This document shows positions 6,960 through 8,266 of a DNA stretch of 8,266 bases, piece after piece (position 1 is the stretch's first letter; each line of letters starts with the position of its first letter). The stretch comes from a virus. Taxonomy: Duplodnaviria > Heunggongvirae > Uroviricota > Caudoviricetes. The notes below the pieces were generated by a model. It ran no database searches. It was not told where the DNA came from and saw only the letters and a program-made list of their open reading frames with translations. The position numbers and the translations under genes are program-made. The stretch lies in the IMG/VR virus record IMGVR_UViG_2619619132_000010, one strand, 5' to 3'.

Positions 6960-7108
6960 TTCCTGCGATACCACGGAAGGTTGATAGCTGATTTCATCGC
7001 TTTATTTGCTTCAAGCCACATTTTTGAATCACCAATAAATCTGGCTATTACTGCTTTGTTCTGTGCAGCACGAAGCATCTGGTGATTGATGGCTATTTCA
7101 TTGCGCAT
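6956..7108 (-). CDS. kil: Kil-like small protein (50 aa), candidate host cell-division (FtsZ) inhibitor
   Basis: Translation MRNEIAINHQMLRAAQNKAVIARFIGDSKMWLEANKAMKSAINLPWYRRK. The ARFIGDSKMW segment resembles recalled lambda Kil. GAGG 7 nt upstream of the ATG; the start lies inside the 3' end of the cIII-like gene, as for lambda cIII/kil. Confidence 0.55.
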   Translation of the reverse strand: MRNEIAINHQMLRAAQNKAVIARFIGDSKMWLEANKAMKSAINLPWYRRK

Positions 7109-7224
7109 AATAAGACCTCAACTCTTTTCCATCCGTCACGTAATTTACGGGTGATTCGTTCAAGTAAAGATTCATTTAATTGGAAGGCACCCATGCGAGC
7201 GCCTCCCGCGATTGCGTAAATCAT
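7093..7224 (-). CDS. cIII: CIII-like protein (43 aa), candidate FtsH-inhibiting regulator
   Basis: Translation MIYAIAGGARMGAFQLNESLLERITRKLRDGWKRVEVLLCAMK. The core ESLLERITRKLRDGWKR matches the recalled lambda CIII central helix. AAGGA 7 nt upstream of the ATG. Not in the track. Confidence 0.7.
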   Translation of the reverse strand: MIYAIAGGARMGAFQLNESLLERITRKLRDGWKRVEVLLCAMK

Positions 7225-7248
7225 GGGTGGTTCCTTATGTTGGTTTTA

Positions 7249-8142
7249 TTAGTAGGTTATTTTTGTTGCGAATACTTCGCCTTTTACGATGGCTGTTATG
7301 ATATTTTTAGCAACATCTTCTGATGCACCAACCTTGATAAGGTCAGCAAGTATTTTGTTATTTACTTCTTTCCGGTGAGCTTTATCCTTTGCTCTACGCT
7401 CTTCTTCGTCCTTGATTCTTTTTTCTTCTGCTATTCTGGCTTGCTCTTTTGCTTCAGCTTCGCGCCGGATTCGTTCAGCCTCCTCCTGTGCTTTTCGGCG
7501 TTCTGCTTCAATTGCCGCCTGCTTTTCTCTTTCAGCTCGTTCTGCTGCCTCTTTTGCTTCGCGCTGTGCTCGTTGCTCGGCTTCAATGCGTTCACGCTCT
7601 GCACGTTCCGCTGCGGCCTTAGCTTCTGCTTCTCGCCTTGCTGCTGCTTCAATTTCGGCTTTTGCCTTTGCTTCGGCTTCTGCTCTGGCTTTCTCTTCAG
7701 CTTCTCTTTTTAAGCGTTCTTCATGCTCTCGCTTTTCCTGCTCCGCTTTGAGTCTTGCCTCTTCTCTTTTGCGGTCAAATTCGCGATCCATCAAAATCGC
7801 TATTTCATGGTCAGACTCAATTTGCTTTGCGAGAGCTTCAGCTGCTGCCTTAGCTTCTTCTTCGGCTTTAATCCGTGCCTGTTCCTCCTCATAATCAGTA
7901 AGAGGCTGGCGTGCCTTGGCTTTCAGTTCATCAAGGCGATCGCGCACTGTCTTGCGGTTGGCATCAATTAGCTTTGGAATTTCCTTCAGTTCAGCAACAA
8001 GGTCTTTGCCAAGACCATCGAGATATGTTTTCGTCTGCGCAACTTTATACGCCAGAGAAGCGATCTGAACCGCCCCGGGTTTCCTGGAGAGTGTTTTATC
8101 TGTGAACTCAGGCTGCCAGATCATCGTTTCCGATGGAAGCAT
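7249..8142 (-). CDS. Large charged low-complexity protein (E/A/K/R-rich predicted long helix), function unknown; 5' end uncertain
   Basis: Long minus-strand ORF with stop at 7251-7249. First in-frame ATGs are at 8142 and 8124, neither with a convincing SD. The central 500 nt or so encodes EAEAKAKAE / ERAERER-type repeats. Its 5' region overlaps the transposase C-terminus in another frame. Confidence 0.55.
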   Translation of the reverse strand: MLPSETMIWQPEFTDKTLSRKPGAVQIASLAYKVAQTKTYLDGLGKDLVAELKEIPKLIDANRKTVRDRLDELKAKARQPLTDYEEEQARIKAEEEAKAAAEALAKQIESDHEIAILMDREFDRKREEARLKAEQEKREHEERLKREAEEKARAEAEAKAKAEIEAAARREAEAKAAAERAERERIEAEQRAQREAKEAAERAEREKQAAIEAERRKAQEEAERIRREAEAKEQARIAEEKRIKDEEERRAKDKAHRKEVNNKILADLIKVGASEDVAKNIITAIVKGEVFATKITY

Positions 8143-8266
8143 AATAAGCTTTTTCTGCTTCTGCCGGAGGAGTATGGCCCAGCCTTTCCAGCAATCGTCG
8201 ATTGTTATACCAGTCCACCCACGTGAGTGTGGCCAGTTCCACTTCTGCACGGTTTTTCCAGCTCTT
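8108..8266 (-). mobile_element. C-terminal end of a DDE (rve-type) transposase, IS3-family-like; partial, runs off the window
   Basis: Minus-strand frame reads ...KSWKNRAEVELATLTWVDWYNNRRLLERLGHTPPAEAEKAYYASIGNDDLAA then TGA at 8110-8108. The W..WYN.RR...LG..P.E motif is typical of the C-terminal part of integrase-core transposases. Confidence 0.55.

Larger units (their letters stand above)
1331..8266 (-). mobile_element. Lambda-like prophage, left arm from attL core to window edge (continues beyond the window)
   Basis: attL with lambda core and P' arm, lambda-type int/xis, then a co-oriented early-left gene array (ea-like genes, ssb, erf, kil, cIII). Gene order matches the lambdoid pL operon read toward att. 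Confidence 0.85.

Noticed and set aside
7400-7900. Possible CRISPR-like or tandem-repeat array suggested by repetitive GCTTC/GCTGC motifs
   Set aside because: The repeats are irregular, have no constant-length spacers and are fully explained by codon repetition in an E/A/K/R-rich protein.
7375-8105. Plus-strand ORFs 7375-7713, 7412-7894, 7723-7971, 7911-8105 and minus ORF 7431-7652
   Set aside because: Artefacts of the low-complexity repeat region: S/A/F/C-rich or K/Q-rich translations of the other frames of the charged-protein gene.
1-8266. tRNA or other structured RNA genes (for example a tRNA at the att site)
   Set aside because: Lambda attB is not in a tRNA gene, and no cloverleaf-like conserved segments were seen; the intergenic space is almost entirely accounted for by coding sequence, att and terminators.

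Overview
This window is the left (int-proximal) arm of a lambda-like prophage integrated at the E. coli attB-lambda site next to ybhC, read almost entirely on the minus strand. From left to right it holds ybhC (host), the attL junction (B-O-P'), lambda-type int and xis with the cII-dependent pI box, and two intrinsic terminators flanking a 55-aa ORF. Beyond that is a mosaic early-left accessory region: an 86-aa ORF, a 304-aa protein with a DUF551-like C-terminus, an 87-aa ORF, an Ea22-like protein, and three small ORFs of 55, 96 and 98 aa. The recombination module is P22-type (Erf plus a short SSB) rather than lambda Red, followed upstream by two overlapping small ORFs, kil-like and cIII-like genes, and a large charged low-complexity protein. 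The window ends in the C-terminus of a DDE (rve-type) transposase, indicating an IS element inside the early-left operon. Family assignments are from recalled protein and site sequences, not from searches, and several short genes are absent from the ORF track because they are under 60 aa or use GTG starts. The best candidates for something undescribed are the cluster of small translationally coupled ORFs at 4182-5687, the overlapping ORF pair at 6710-6959 and the charged protein at 7249-8142.
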